Under the pieces are notes generated by a model. It searched no databases. It saw only the letters and a program-made list of their open reading frames with translations, and was not told where the DNA came from. Positions 10,761-20,707 of a stretch of DNA of 64,000 nt are shown here, piece after piece. Both the position numbers and the translations under genes were made by a program. The DNA is from Lysobacterales bacterium (GTDB lineage: Bacteria > Pseudomonadota > Gammaproteobacteria > Xanthomonadales > SZUA-5), in assembly GCA_022844165.1 (NCBI GenBank), contig JALHMH010000003.1:128001-192000 (forward strand). The letters are read 5' to 3'. Each line of letters starts with the position of its first letter. Positions within the stretch are counted from its first letter, which is position 1.

Positions 10761-13550
10761 ATGAAGTTTTGGATTGGCGTGTTGTGGCTCGCGGTCGGGA
10801 CGACAGTCGCTGCGGCGCCGGGTCGATGGAGCAGCCAGGGGCCGTATGGTGGCCGCGTCGATAGTGCGATCGCCAACCCGCTGCAACCGGGCACGTTGTA
10901 CGCGACTTCGCATCGCAGCGTTTATCGCTCGAGCAACGGCGGCTCGACCTGGGTGTTTGCAGGTACAGGCTTGAATACCGTGAGCGACGGCGAAGCGATC
11001 GTTGTTGCGCACCCGACGATTCCCGGCCGATTGATGCTCGCCGGCGCCCGCGGCGTATTTCGCTCCGATGACAGTGGCCGCAACTGGCGCCGCAGTGATA
11101 CCGGGCTTCCTGTCGGTAACGCATCGTTTCGCAGCGTCGATATCGCCTATGTGCCCCAAGACGGCGAGAAGCTGTATCTGGCAACTCGCAGCGACGGTCT
11201 GTATCGCAGCAGCGACAGCGGCCAGAGCTGGAGCGTTTCGACGGCCCCTATCCCGGCCAACCTGGATCGGGTTGCGGCCGATCCCAACAATCTCGGAACG
11301 GTTTTGGTCTGGGCCGCCAACCGCGACACCAGTTCTTTTCCGGCCAGTCTTTATCGCTCCATCGATTTTGGCGTCTCGTTTTCCGCTCTAACCGGCCCGT
11401 GGAATAGCGGCGGTCCGATCGAAAGCAAGCTGGAGTTGCTGGCCTTCAACGGCAACACCGCCAACAGCATTTTTCTGGCGGGCGAGTTCGGCAACTTTCG
11501 CTCGCTCAATGGCGTGTCTTTCTCGAGCCTGCCGGTCAGCTCCGCGACGCAACGGCTGCAGAGTATCGCTTTTGGCAGCGTTGCGGGCCAGGCGATCTTC
11601 GGCACCAGCGAAGGCGTGCTGTCGACAACCAACAATGGCAGCAGCTTTACACCGCGCAATACCGGATTGAGCATCAACGGCACGGATCCGGTGTCGGTCG
11701 GCCCCATGGTGATCGATCCGACAAATCCAGCTCGTTGGCTCGCGTTTTCCGTTTCCGGCGATATTTTTGTGACCACCAACAGCGGCACCAGTTGGTCGCC
11801 CACCAATTTCGGCCTTCGTGGCACCGATATCGAATCGCTGGCGGTTCAACCGGGGCGACCGCAGCGCGTGCTGGCGGGTGTGCGTAATGAGCGCAGCGAA
11901 GCGACCTCGCCAGCGCTTTTTCAATCGGACGATTTTGGCGCAACCTGGGCGCGAACCAACACCAACCTGGTGCTCGATACCATCAATGGCCTCACCTACG
12001 ATCCGGTGAATCTGACGATGCCTGCCAACATGCGCGTTTACGCGGTGGGCGCCGATTTTGCGCCGTTAGGTCAGGCGTCAAATACCTACCGGGGCGGCGT
12101 TTTTGTCAGTACCAACTCGGGCCTGAACTGGGCTCCGGCCGACACGCTGGTGCCGACACTTTCAGGAGGCCCCAGTCAATTGGGCGAAGTGCATCAGTTG
12201 ATCGTCGATCCGACGGAGATCTCGGCTCAAGTCGCACAAAATCTGTACTTTGTGAACGATGGACGCATCACTTGTGGTCCAACGCCGAGTCTCGCCGTGG
12301 CGCGCGTCTGGCGCAGCGTCAATGGCGCAACGTCCTGGACGCCGATCGACAATCTGCCACTGGGCGTTTGCACGCCGCGCCAGCAATTTCCCAGGCCGTT
12401 TCACATCGTCTTCGGCCCGGTTTCGACCGCGAATGTTTTTGTCGGCACTCGCGTCGTCGGCTATGACCCCGGTAATCACCCGCTGCCCACCGTGCCAAAC
12501 GGCGTGTTTCGTACGAGCAACAATGGATCGACATGGACCGCCGCCAACAACGGCTTGCCGCGTATCGGTGGCGGCACTGGTAGCGTTTGGAACGTGACCG
12601 CGCTGCTGTCCGTGCCGGGTACCAATACGCTGTTTGTTGCGTTGCAAGACCCCAGTAGCGAAGCGATTCCAGGTCGCGTGTACAAATCGACGGACGGCGG
12701 CGACAACTGGATCCGCAGCGATTCGGGCATCGTCGGCAACGTCGTGCGTTCGTTGCGCGCCGATCCGATCGCGCCGATGAGAGTCTTTGCGGCCGCCACT
12801 GGTGTCGACACCAGCCCGGGCGGGGTATACGTCAGCGAAAATAGTGGCAGCTCATGGCTCTCGGTATCGATCGGTATGCCTGTCGACTCGGCAGCCGAAG
12901 TTGCGATATCGCGTCCGCCGTCTCCGGCGTCCCCGACGATCCATGCCGGCACCGCAGAGGGCGTTTTCAGCCTGACACGACTTCCAGACGACGACCAGGA
13001 CGGGCCGAGCGACAGTGACGAAGATTTGGCGCCGAACGCCGGCGATGGCAACAACGACGGAATATTGGATCGGCTGCAGCGCGATGTCGCGAGCATCGTT
13101 GAACCGACCCTTCTCCGTGGTGGCAAAGCGCGGGAAGGCACGCTGAGCGATATCGAACTGTTGCGAGGCGGCGGCAATTGCGACCAGTTGGTCGACGCGC
13201 ACTTCGTCGATGCCGAGGAGTTACCGACCGACTCGCAGTTTGTGTCGTATCCGCTGGCCGTTCGCTTCGAACAGGTCGATTGCGAGGCGGCTCAAATGCA
13301 ATTGATCCTGCACAATCAGGATTTGTCGGATGGACAATGGGTGTTGCGCAGGTATGGCCCAGTCAGTGTCGGCGACCCTCTGACTTTGCAGTGGCAAACC
13401 GTGTCTGGCGCGGTATTTGCGAGCAACCGCGTGGTATTCCCCCTGTTCGACAACGGCCCGGGCGATTTGCGCAGCGAGCCAGGGCGAACCTTGTACATTG
13501 TCGCCCCTGCCAGACGGAGTCTTTTTGCCGACGGTTTTGAGAGCCCGTAA
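10761..13550 (+). CDS. Secreted BNR/Asp-box beta-propeller protein (VPS10/GH74-like) with a choice-of-anchor-U-like C-terminal domain and LFADGFE tail
   Basis: Signal peptide MKFWIGVLWLAVGTTVAA; many (Y/F)RSxDxGxxW repeats; acidic DDDQDGPSDSDE..GDGNNDGILDRLQRDVAS segment; ends SLFADGFESP. Confidence 0.8.
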   Translation: MKFWIGVLWLAVGTTVAAAPGRWSSQGPYGGRVDSAIANPLQPGTLYATSHRSVYRSSNGGSTWVFAGTGLNTVSDGEAIVVAHPTIPGRLMLAGARGVFRSDDSGRNWRRSDTGLPVGNASFRSVDIAYVPQDGEKLYLATRSDGLYRSSDSGQSWSVSTAPIPANLDRVAADPNNLGTVLVWAANRDTSSFPASLYRSIDFGVSFSALTGPWNSGGPIESKLELLAFNGNTANSIFLAGEFGNFRSLNGVSFSSLPVSSATQRLQSIAFGSVAGQAIFGTSEGVLSTTNNGSSFTPRNTGLSINGTDPVSVGPMVIDPTNPARWLAFSVSGDIFVTTNSGTSWSPTNFGLRGTDIESLAVQPGRPQRVLAGVRNERSEATSPALFQSDDFGATWARTNTNLVLDTINGLTYDPVNLTMPANMRVYAVGADFAPLGQASNTYRGGVFVSTNSGLNWAPADTLVPTLSGGPSQLGEVHQLIVDPTEISAQVAQNLYFVNDGRITCGPTPSLAVARVWRSVNGATSWTPIDNLPLGVCTPRQQFPRPFHIVFGPVSTANVFVGTRVVGYDPGNHPLPTVPNGVFRTSNNGSTWTAANNGLPRIGGGTGSVWNVTALLSVPGTNTLFVALQDPSSEAIPGRVYKSTDGGDNWIRSDSGIVGNVVRSLRADPIAPMRVFAAATGVDTSPGGVYVSENSGSSWLSVSIGMPVDSAAEVAISRPPSPASPTIHAGTAEGVFSLTRLPDDDQDGPSDSDEDLAPNAGDGNNDGILDRLQRDVASIVEPTLLRGGKAREGTLSDIELLRGGGNCDQLVDAHFVDAEELPTDSQFVSYPLAVRFEQVDCEAAQMQLILHNQDLSDGQWVLRRYGPVSVGDPLTLQWQTVSGAVFASNRVVFPLFDNGPGDLRSEPGRTLYIVAPARRSLFADGFESP

Positions 13551-13618
13551 CCCAGAAGCGACCGCATTTCGAGCACTGCGGGCTGGTCGAAATCGGCGAC
13601 GAGGCGTAGCGTTCGCGT

Positions 13619-16330
13619 ATGAGCGAACGCCCAACCTTATCCTCTGTCACCTCAATCCAGCCGATGGATCCACCATCGCGGATCGCGCCGGTCAGCGGCT
13701 CCAATTCTGGCGGTGGCGGGCCGTCGGCCTGGATCGGCCGTGAGATCGATGGCTACCGAATTGTCCGCGCTATCGGCGCGGGCGGCATGGGTGTGGTGTT
13801 TTTGGCCCAGCAGCAGCATCCAAAGCGTCATGTTGCGATCAAGACCTTGCATGCGGGCTTCCACCAGGCCGAGCTGCTGGCGCGTTTCCAGCAGGAGGCC
13901 GAAATTCTGGCGCGCTTTACGCACGTTGGTATTGCGCAAATCTATGCCAGCGGCTGTACCAATGAAGCGATGGGGAGCGTGCCCTACATCGTCATGGAAT
14001 ATGTCGAGGGCGTGCCGCTGCTGGAGGCCTGCGCTGCGCTGGATATGCGCGAACGGCTGAATTTGCTGCGGCGAGTCTGCGAGGCGGTCGAACATGCGCA
14101 TATTCGCGGCGTTATCCATCGCGATCTGAAACCCGGCAACATCTTGGTGCAATCCGACGGCCAGCCGAAGGTGCTCGACTTCGGCGTCGCTCGCCTTTCC
14201 GGCAATGAAGAGCGTGGCGGTAGCGACCTGACCACCGCCGGCATGGTGATTGGCACGATCGCCTACATGAGCCCCGAGCAAGCGATGGGCGAACCGGGCG
14301 CTGTGGATATCCGCACCGATGTGTATGCGCTCGGCATGATCGGCTATCGCATGCTGACCGGCGATTTGCCGTACGAGGTCACGGGACACAATATCGGCCA
14401 CGCCCTGCAACAAATTTGCGACGTCGCGCCAACGCCGTTGTCCCGTTACGACCGTCGATACGCTGGCGACCTGGAGACGATTTTTCAAAAAGCGCTGGCG
14501 AAAGAGAAAGACAACCGTTATCGCAACGCCGCTGAGCTCAGCGAAGACTTGCGACGCTACCTCGATGATGAGGCGATTTTGGCGCGACGGGCCAGCGTAT
14601 TCGCCGACGTACGGCGCTTTGCGCGTCGCAATCGAGCCTTGTTTGCGGCCGGGATCTTTGCGTTCGTGGCGTTGCTGTCGGCGGTCGCCATCAGCACGCG
14701 ATTTGCGATCCGCGAACAGGCGCAACGCATCGAGGCCGATACCGTCGTGAGCTTCTTGCGCCGAATGCTGTCCAGTGCCAATCCGGTGTTTGCGCAAGGA
14801 CGCGACGTCACGATCCGCGAGGCGATGGATGCTGCCGCGCCTGATCTGGAGTCGCAATTGGCGCAGGTGCCGGCCGCGCGCGGGCGGCTGCGCGCAACGT
14901 TGGCGGATACCTATCATGCCCTCGGCGATCTGCCGCGAGCGATCACCTTCTACGATGCAGCAGCAAGCGACTTCACGGCCGCTGGAATCGATGGCCCTGA
15001 GCATCGGCAAACGATCTTGGGCAAGGTCGAAGTCTTGCTCGACCGTGGCCAGGCGCTCAACGCCCAAATCTTGCTTGATGCATTAGAACCTTTGCGCACC
15101 GTTCCAACCAGTAGCCTGGACGCCAGAACTGCGATTTTCCGGGCAAGAACGCGAGAGGATTTCGGCGACATCGATGCCGCATTGGGCGAACTCGCGGCGT
15201 TGCGTAACGTTGATCTGTCGAAGCTCTCTTGCGAGGACTGTCGACCCGATTGGCGCGCAGCGCTCGATGTCGAAGCGCGCATCATTTCGGCGTCGCTGCT
15301 TCGCCAGAATGAGCAGTTCGACGAAGCCTTGGATATCGCGCAGGCCGCATTTAGCCTCGCAAATGAAACGCTCGGTCCATCTCATCCGATGGCGCTGAAA
15401 GCGGCCATCGAACTGGCGAACTCATTGGACGACAGTGGTCAGCGCGATCAAGCGCTGGCCGTTGCCGAAACCGCAGTTCAAGAACGTCGACGCCTGCTCG
15501 GCGCTACGCACTACCAGACATTGACAGCGCTCAACAACCTGGCGCAAATTCACGAGTCGGTTGGCGATGGCGCGACGGCGAAGCGTCTACTGGTCGAAGC
15601 GCACGAGTTGGCCGAGGCGCAGCTGCAAGACCACGAACTGTGGGCACAGATCACGCATAACCTGGGCCGCATCGAATACCTGGCAGGAAACATCGACCGC
15701 GCGCAGGCGTTGTTGAACGACGCTTATCGTTGGCGACAAAACAAGCTCGGGTTAAGTCACCCGGACACGCTGAACAGCGCCTTGGCTTTGAGCGTGGTGT
15801 ACTCGACACGCAATGAGTACGACAAAGCACTGCCTCTGCGCGAGTCCGCGATTCGCGGGTACGAAGCGCGTTTTGGAACGGAACATCGGGACACGTTGGC
15901 GGCGCGATCCGAGTACGCAGCGCTGCTGCGCAATATGGGCAACTTCGACGCGGCGGACGCCGAGTTCAAATCTGTACTGAGCGCGACGGAACGACTTTTC
16001 AAGCCCGGCGACAGCGAACGAATGCGCGTCCTCTACCAGTATGCCGGCTCGCTGCAGCGCCAGGAGAAATGGCGCGAGGCCGAGAGACTAAGTCGTCAGT
16101 TGATGGACGAAGCAGCGCTCACGGCCGATACCGACGCGCAGCACGCGTTGTTGGCGCCTCTACGCCACGCTCGCTCGCTCATGGGCCTGCGACGCTACGA
16201 CGAGGCTGAGTTTTTGCTGGAGAACCTGGAGAAACAGCTTGGCGCCGAGCATCAGGTGCAAATGCGCGAGATGACCAGCCAGACCCTGGCCGAATTGCGC
16301 GCCGCGCGCGCCGCGCGTGCCGCACAGTGA
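13619..16330 (+). CDS. Hanks-type Ser/Thr protein kinase with a TM segment and C-terminal TPR repeats
   Basis: GAGGMGVV, VAIK, HRDLKPGN, DFGVA, YMSPEQ, DVYALG; TM ALFAAGIFAFVALLSAVAIS; repeats LGxxHPxTL...NNLA. Confidence 0.95.
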   Translation: MSERPTLSSVTSIQPMDPPSRIAPVSGSNSGGGGPSAWIGREIDGYRIVRAIGAGGMGVVFLAQQQHPKRHVAIKTLHAGFHQAELLARFQQEAEILARFTHVGIAQIYASGCTNEAMGSVPYIVMEYVEGVPLLEACAALDMRERLNLLRRVCEAVEHAHIRGVIHRDLKPGNILVQSDGQPKVLDFGVARLSGNEERGGSDLTTAGMVIGTIAYMSPEQAMGEPGAVDIRTDVYALGMIGYRMLTGDLPYEVTGHNIGHALQQICDVAPTPLSRYDRRYAGDLETIFQKALAKEKDNRYRNAAELSEDLRRYLDDEAILARRASVFADVRRFARRNRALFAAGIFAFVALLSAVAISTRFAIREQAQRIEADTVVSFLRRMLSSANPVFAQGRDVTIREAMDAAAPDLESQLAQVPAARGRLRATLADTYHALGDLPRAITFYDAAASDFTAAGIDGPEHRQTILGKVEVLLDRGQALNAQILLDALEPLRTVPTSSLDARTAIFRARTREDFGDIDAALGELAALRNVDLSKLSCEDCRPDWRAALDVEARIISASLLRQNEQFDEALDIAQAAFSLANETLGPSHPMALKAAIELANSLDDSGQRDQALAVAETAVQERRRLLGATHYQTLTALNNLAQIHESVGDGATAKRLLVEAHELAEAQLQDHELWAQITHNLGRIEYLAGNIDRAQALLNDAYRWRQNKLGLSHPDTLNSALALSVVYSTRNEYDKALPLRESAIRGYEARFGTEHRDTLAARSEYAALLRNMGNFDAADAEFKSVLSATERLFKPGDSERMRVLYQYAGSLQRQEKWREAERLSRQLMDEAALTADTDAQHALLAPLRHARSLMGLRRYDEAEFLLENLEKQLGAEHQVQMREMTSQTLAELRAARAARAAQ

Positions 16331-17268
16331 GCGATCATCCGTTTGCGGCCCTGACGCCAGACGTTGTGCTCGATGCCGCAGAGCGGCTTGGCGTTCACTG
16401 CGATGGTCGGTTGCTGGAGCTCAACAGCTTCGAAAACCGAGTGTTTCGGGTCGGCGTGGAGAACGGCTCGCCATTGATCGTCAAATTCTACCGGCCGCAG
16501 CGCTTCACAAGCGATGCGATCCACGAAGAACATGCGTTCTTGCGCGAACTGGCCGACGCTGAGCTGCCTGTTGCCCCGGCGCTCGGTTCGCCGAGCCTGC
16601 TACCGGTCGATGCCGCAGGCGTTGCTTTCATGGCTGCGCTGTTCCCATGCCTGCCAGGTCGCAGCGCCGACCTGGAATCGGCGGACAATCTGGCCTGGCT
16701 CGGTCGCTTGATCGCGCGTATGCACATCGTCGGCGCTCGATCGCGCTTTGAGCATCGGGCGACGTTGACACCTGCGCTCGCTCGCACGGCGCTCGATGCG
16801 GTGATCGGCGGCTTACTGTTGCCGGAGCATTTGGGCTCACGCGCTCGCGAGTACGGTTCGCAGCTCACGTCGCGCATCGAAAAACTCTGGGCCGATGCTG
16901 GTTCCTGCGCCAGGCTGCGGTTGCACGGCGATTTACATCGCGGCAACTTGTTGTGGAACGAGGGTCCGTTGCTCGTCGACTTCGACGACGCAGTAAACGG
17001 ACCTGCGGTGCAAGACCTGTGGATGCTGCTTCCCGTCGACGATGAAAGCGCCCTTGAGGCACTGCTCGAAGGCTACGAGACGTTCCGACCCTTCGACCGC
17101 AGCGAGTTGGCGCTCATCCCGGCGCTGCGCGCGATCCGTCGCCTGCATTTCGCCGGTTGGCTGTCGCAGCGATACGCCGATCCGGCTTTTCCCCGAGCCT
17201 TTCCGTACGCCGCAGGCGCACGCTTCTGGGAGGAGGAAGTGAACGACTGGCGCGAACTGTGCTCTTGA
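16327..17268 (+). CDS. srkA: Stress response kinase SrkA/RdoA
   Basis: HPFAALTPDVVLDA, LNSFENRVF, KFYRP, LRLHGDLHRGN, VDFDD, GPAVQDLWMLL, DPAFPRAFP. Confidence 0.93.
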   Translation: MSDHPFAALTPDVVLDAAERLGVHCDGRLLELNSFENRVFRVGVENGSPLIVKFYRPQRFTSDAIHEEHAFLRELADAELPVAPALGSPSLLPVDAAGVAFMAALFPCLPGRSADLESADNLAWLGRLIARMHIVGARSRFEHRATLTPALARTALDAVIGGLLLPEHLGSRAREYGSQLTSRIEKLWADAGSCARLRLHGDLHRGNLLWNEGPLLVDFDDAVNGPAVQDLWMLLPVDDESALEALLEGYETFRPFDRSELALIPALRAIRRLHFAGWLSQRYADPAFPRAFPYAAGARFWEEEVNDWRELCS

Positions 17269-17357
17269 ACCACGCCACGTTCACCATCAGAGGCCGACAT
17301 TGCCCTTCGCGCGGTTAGCCGCTATCACTGCACGACCCCCTTCTCGAGCATCGCCCC

Positions 17358-18338
17358 ATGAAACTTGCCTCCTTGAAACGCGGCGGCCGCGACGGCACGC
17401 TGATTGTCGTCAGTCGAGATCTGACACGCGCTGTTGTGGCCGACGCCATCGCCCCGAGTTTGCAAGCTGCGCTGGACGAGTGGCAGTACGCCGCGCCGCG
17501 ATTGAATGCACTCAGTGAGCAGTTGAATACGGGTCGCGTAGAGAATTCGTTCGCCGTCGATGTCGACGATCTTGCCGCGCCTTTGCCCCGCGCCTACGAA
17601 TTCGTCGACGGTAGCGCTTATCTGCCGCATGTCGAACGGGTGCGGCGCGCGCGGAATGCAGAGGTGCCGCAGAGTTTTTACGTCGACCCGCTGATGTACC
17701 AGGCGACCAGCGCGCAATTCATGGGTCCCAGCGATCCGGTGCGCGTGGTCAGCGAGGACTATGGCATCGATCTGGAGGCCGAAGTGGTGATCGTCACCGA
17801 CGATGTGCCGATGGCGATCAGCGCAAAGGCGGCGATGGACCATATTCAACTGATTGGCCTGGTGAACGACGTCAGTTTGCGCAATCTGATTCCCGACGAG
17901 CTGGCCAAGGGGTTTGGTTTTTTGCAATCCAAGCCACGCTCGGCGCTTTCGCCGGTATTGGCGACGCCCGATGAGCTGGGCGCCTATTGGCAACAGGGCA
18001 AACTGCACAGACGCCTGATCACGCACATCGACGGCGAACTATTTGGGCAACCAGATGCGGGCAGCGATATGCAGTTTGACTTCGCGCAACTGATTGCACA
18101 CGCCGCGAAAACCCGAAATCTCCTCGCCGGCACCATCGTCGGATCCGGTACGGTGGCCAACCAGGATGAGTCCGTGGGCGCATCCTGTCTTGCGGAGAAG
18201 CGGATGCTTGAAGTGATCGCCAGTGGCAAACCCACCACGCCGTTCTTGCGCTTCGGCCAACGCGTGCGCATCGAGATGTTCGACGATGCAGGCAGCAGCC
18301 TATTTGGCGCCATCGATCAGGAGATCGTGCGCTATTGA
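17358..18338 (+). CDS. Fumarylacetoacetate hydrolase family protein
   Basis: MKLASLK.GGRDGTL.VVSRDL, PLPRAY..DGSAY..HVE.VR, IDLEAEV, NDVSLRNLIP.EL.KGFGFLQSKP. Confidence 0.93.
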   Translation: MKLASLKRGGRDGTLIVVSRDLTRAVVADAIAPSLQAALDEWQYAAPRLNALSEQLNTGRVENSFAVDVDDLAAPLPRAYEFVDGSAYLPHVERVRRARNAEVPQSFYVDPLMYQATSAQFMGPSDPVRVVSEDYGIDLEAEVVIVTDDVPMAISAKAAMDHIQLIGLVNDVSLRNLIPDELAKGFGFLQSKPRSALSPVLATPDELGAYWQQGKLHRRLITHIDGELFGQPDAGSDMQFDFAQLIAHAAKTRNLLAGTIVGSGTVANQDESVGASCLAEKRMLEVIASGKPTTPFLRFGQRVRIEMFDDAGSSLFGAIDQEIVRY

Positions 18339-18384
18339 TGGCTAAAAAGACCACGAACACCGAACGCGCTTTTTTGCGCGACGG

Positions 18385-19737
18385 TTACCGCAGCACCAGC
18401 TCCGGCCAAACTGCAAGGAGTACCAACATCGACAATTGAATGACGATGAACGGCACGACGCCTCGATAAATGGCGCCGGTCGAAAGCTCTGCTGGTGCGA
18501 CGCCGCGCAGGTAAAACAGCGCGAAACCAAAGGGCGGCGTCAGAAATGACGTTTGCAAATTCATCGCGAACAGGACGCCAAGCCAGACAGGGTCGACACC
18601 GAGCGCCAGCAACGGCGGCGCGACCAGCGGCACGACGATAAAGACGATTTCGATGAAATCGATCAAGAAGCCGAGCAGGAAAATCGTCAGGTTGACGATG
18701 ATCAGCGCACCCACCACGCCACCGGGCAAACCGGTCAGCGCTTCGTGGATGTAGTCGTCTCCGCCGTAGCCTCTGAACACCAGCGAGAACAATGTCGCCG
18801 CGATCAGAATCATGTACACCATCGACGTGATCAGCGCGGTACGTTCGGCGGTCTCGCGCACCCCGCGCCAGGACAGTTCGCCGCCGATTGCCGCCAGTAC
18901 GGTGGCGCCAACCGCACCGATGGCGGCGGCCTCGGTCGGCGTCGCGATTCCAGCCAGAATGGAACCCAATACCGCCAACACCAATGCCATTGGCGGTACC
19001 AGCGCTTGCAGCGCTTCGAGCACACTGGCATTGCCTCGCATTTCGGCCGGCAATGCCGGCGCCCGTTGCGGCTGGAGCCATGCGACGCCGATCAGATAAG
19101 CGAGGTATCCGCCGACGAGCACCAGACCTGGTAGCAATGCGCCGGCGAACAGATCGCCCACCGAAACCGACTTGGGCGAAAACAGGCCCTGATCGAGTTG
19201 CGCTTTTTGATAGGCGTTGCTGAGCACATCGCCCAGCAAAACCAGGATCACCGACGGCGGGATGATCTGACCCAGCGTGCCAGCCGAGCAGATCGTGCCC
19301 GCAGCGAGCTTCGGGTCGTAGCCAGCACGCAGCATCGTCGGTAGCGCGATCAGACCCATCGTGACCACCGTGGCGCCGACGATGCCAGTGCTGGCCGCCA
19401 GCACCGCACCAACCAACAGTACGGAAATCGCCAGGCCGCCACGCAGCGACCCGAACAAAGTGGCCATCGATGTCAACAACCGCTCGGCAATTTTCGAGCG
19501 CTCCAGCATCACGCCCATGAACACGAATAGCGGCACGGCGAGCAAGGTTTCGTTGCCCATCGTGCCGAAGAGGCGGTTCGGAAAGGCATCCAAAAAGCTC
19601 GCGTCGAAGGTGCCTGTCAGGATGCCGATGCCGGCAAAAGCGAGCGATACGCCCGCCAGCGTAAACGCTACCGGCAGGCCCAACAGCAACGCTGCAGCCA
19701 GCGCGAGAAACAACAGCAAAGGTAGAAAGGCTTGCAT
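18385..19737 (-). CDS. dctM: TRAP transporter large permease DctM
   Basis: GLPVAFTLAG, LLAVPLFVFMG, AASTGIVGATVVTMG, GTLGQIIPPS, ATPTEAAAIG, NLQTSFLTPPFGFALFYL. Start at MQAFLP. Confidence 0.95.
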   Translation of the reverse strand: MQAFLPLLLFLALAAALLLGLPVAFTLAGVSLAFAGIGILTGTFDASFLDAFPNRLFGTMGNETLLAVPLFVFMGVMLERSKIAERLLTSMATLFGSLRGGLAISVLLVGAVLAASTGIVGATVVTMGLIALPTMLRAGYDPKLAAGTICSAGTLGQIIPPSVILVLLGDVLSNAYQKAQLDQGLFSPKSVSVGDLFAGALLPGLVLVGGYLAYLIGVAWLQPQRAPALPAEMRGNASVLEALQALVPPMALVLAVLGSILAGIATPTEAAAIGAVGATVLAAIGGELSWRGVRETAERTALITSMVYMILIAATLFSLVFRGYGGDDYIHEALTGLPGGVVGALIIVNLTIFLLGFLIDFIEIVFIVVPLVAPPLLALGVDPVWLGVLFAMNLQTSFLTPPFGFALFYLRGVAPAELSTGAIYRGVVPFIVIQLSMLVLLAVWPELVLR

Positions 19738-20176
19738 TGAAATACAGTCCGCCCAGGTTGAACCAAGGATCTGCGACGCGCTAACCCTTAAGGCAAGGCC
19801 GGTTGCGTCAGAAGCAAAGGATCGGACACGCCCCGCGTAAACCATAGCCCTTTTGGCAAGATCCGGCTCCGTCGAGGACGCTGGCAAGGCTACGACTGAG
19901 ATCGCGCCGTTTGAGCACAAATCAGCTCAATGGCAGTTCTTCTCAAAAGATGCCGATGCAAGATGACCATGCATCACTCCGAGTAGGGGCTGCTTGCGGG
20001 ATGACCAGTCAGATCCGCCCAGACATCGCCAGGCTGACTCCGGTCGCGAACACACACCCGATCGTGGTCAGGATAGGTCATCTGATCGAACGCTTGTCGA
20101 ACTCTCCAACCGTGCGTGATGGCGGAGCGCAACGTTCAGCGCCTGGGACAACTGACACCGTGCCAGCGACAATCCT

Positions 20177-20647
20177 TCAGGTTCGCGATTCGATGTCGAA
20201 ATGCAGAACTTCTTCGCGCGTCCCGAGATTGTCGTATAGCGCAATGGCCGGTGCGTCGCCGACGGCAGCTTGAACGTAAATGACATGAGCGCCACGCTCA
20301 ATGGCGACGGTTCTTAGCGTGGCGATCATTGCTGTAGCGATGCCGCGGCGCCGATAGGGTTCGAGTACACCCAGATCGTAAATGTATAGCTCGCTGCGAA
20401 CTTGCTCGAACTTAGGCAGCACATAGCCGGCGATGCCACCCACCATCCGACCGCCCATCGATGCAGCGACAGCGACGAAGGTATCGCGACCTAGCAGGGC
20501 GTTCAAATACGCATCGCAGGGTTGCGCCTGTTCGTAGTTCTCGGGATCCTCGAATGCGGCGCTAAAGACGCTCAACATCTCGCGCAAAAGGGGCGCATCA
20601 CCATCGCCCAAAATTGCGATTTCCAGATCGGCAGCTTCTTTGGCCAT
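20177..20647 (-). CDS. aac(3)-I: AAC(3)-I family aminoglycoside 3-N-acetyltransferase
   Basis: F..AFED...Y...P...YL..LL..DTF, YVLPKFEQ.RSE.YIYDL.V...RRRGIATA, GAHVIYVQA..GD.PAIALY..LG.REEVLHFDI: the characteristic AAC(3)-I string. Confidence 0.88.
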   Translation of the reverse strand: MAKEAADLEIAILGDGDAPLLREMLSVFSAAFEDPENYEQAQPCDAYLNALLGRDTFVAVAASMGGRMVGGIAGYVLPKFEQVRSELYIYDLGVLEPYRRRGIATAMIATLRTVAIERGAHVIYVQAAVGDAPAIALYDNLGTREEVLHFDIESRT

Positions 20648-20707
20648 GGTCGAGAGTCCTGCCAGGTTTGCGAAATTCGGTTGCAGACGGTGGTCGGTGA
20701 AAGCACG

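Noticed and set aside
13109-13176. Recurring LRGG/FRGSG motifs in secreted proteins as maturation sites
   Set aside because: Too short and too common in GC-rich coding sequence to support from this window alone.
13652-15067. Long antisense ORFs (471 aa here; also 44803-45876, 53009-54133, 41084-42121, 8871-9776)
   Set aside because: Shadow ORFs opposite well-supported genes, expected from high-GC codon bias; no recognisable motifs.
19740-20176. attC site or integron cassette downstream of aac(3)-I
   Set aside because: No RYYYAAC...GTTRRRY pair with complementary L boxes found by eye, and no intI nearby.
19911-20273. 120-aa ORF as the missing DctQ or a small gene
   Set aside because: Wrong strand for the dctM operon, no TM segments, and it overlaps aac(3)-I.
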